From contig MU058463.1 of assembly GCA_013265495.1 (NCBI GenBank), positions 1,387,523-1,451,522 of the forward strand: a stretch of 64,000 bases of DNA. The letters are read 5' to 3'. How positions within the stretch are numbered: the first letter of the stretch is position 1; each line of letters opens with the position of its first letter. Below, in pieces: positions 63,627-64,000 of the stretch. The notes under the pieces were generated by a model, which worked only from the letters and a program-made list of their open reading frames with translations, ran no database searches and was not told the DNA's origin. The translations under genes and the position numbers were made by a program. Origin of the DNA: Vicugna vicugna. Its lineage: Eukaryota.

Positions 63627-64000
63627 TTTTTCAAAATTATATTTTAATTGAAATATAGTTGATTTACAATGTTGTATTCATTTCTGGTGTACAGCAAAGT
63701 GATTCAGTTATACATTTTTTCACATTCTTTCCCATTATAGCGTATTACAAGATATTGAATATAGTTCCCTGTGCCATATAGTAGGACCTTGTTGTTTATG
63801 CATTTTGTATGTAGTAGTTTATATCTGCTAATCCCAAGCACCTAATTTATCTGTCCCCATGCCTTCCCCCTTTGGTTTCCGTAAGTTTGTTTTCTACGTC
63901 TGTGTCTGTTTTTGTTTGGTAAATATGTTCATTTGTATCATTTTTTAGATTCCATACATGTGATATCATGGTATTTGTCCTTCTTTGTCTGACTTACTAC
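63627..64000 (-). mobile_element. L1 3' end interrupting Tigger1 (runs off the window)
   Basis: ttttaattgaaatatagttgatttacaatgttg...gaatatagttccctgtgc...tttagattccatacatgtgatatcatgg. Confidence 0.9.

Overview
This is AT-rich, CpG-depleted mammalian genomic DNA, most likely camelid (camel/alpaca/llama), judged from a tRNA-Ala-derived Vic-1-type SINE at ~36422-36573. It reads as deep intronic or intergenic sequence: I recognise no cellular protein-coding exon, intact RNA gene or CpG island. Much of the window is layered transposable-element debris: L1, L2, MIR, MaLR/MLT LTRs, an ERV1-type solo LTR with a 4-bp TSD, MER21- and LTR33-like LTRs, MER5A and Tigger1. The only protein homologies I can identify are TE-derived: L1 ORF1/ORF2 fragments, the Tigger1 transposase C-terminus and a degraded ERV-L gag not captured by the ORF track. 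The most notable details are a tailless retrocopy of a 5' half of tRNA-Lys(CTT) with TSDs (41117-41187), the ~1.2 kb ERV-L gag fossil (38299-39500), several nested insertions with readable TSDs, a diverged ~105-bp direct repeat (21456/22393) and a few candidate regulatory or palindromic elements. I cannot support a claim of a new multi-component biological system. TE subfamily names come from recalled consensus sequences, not a database search, and boundaries of old elements are approximate.
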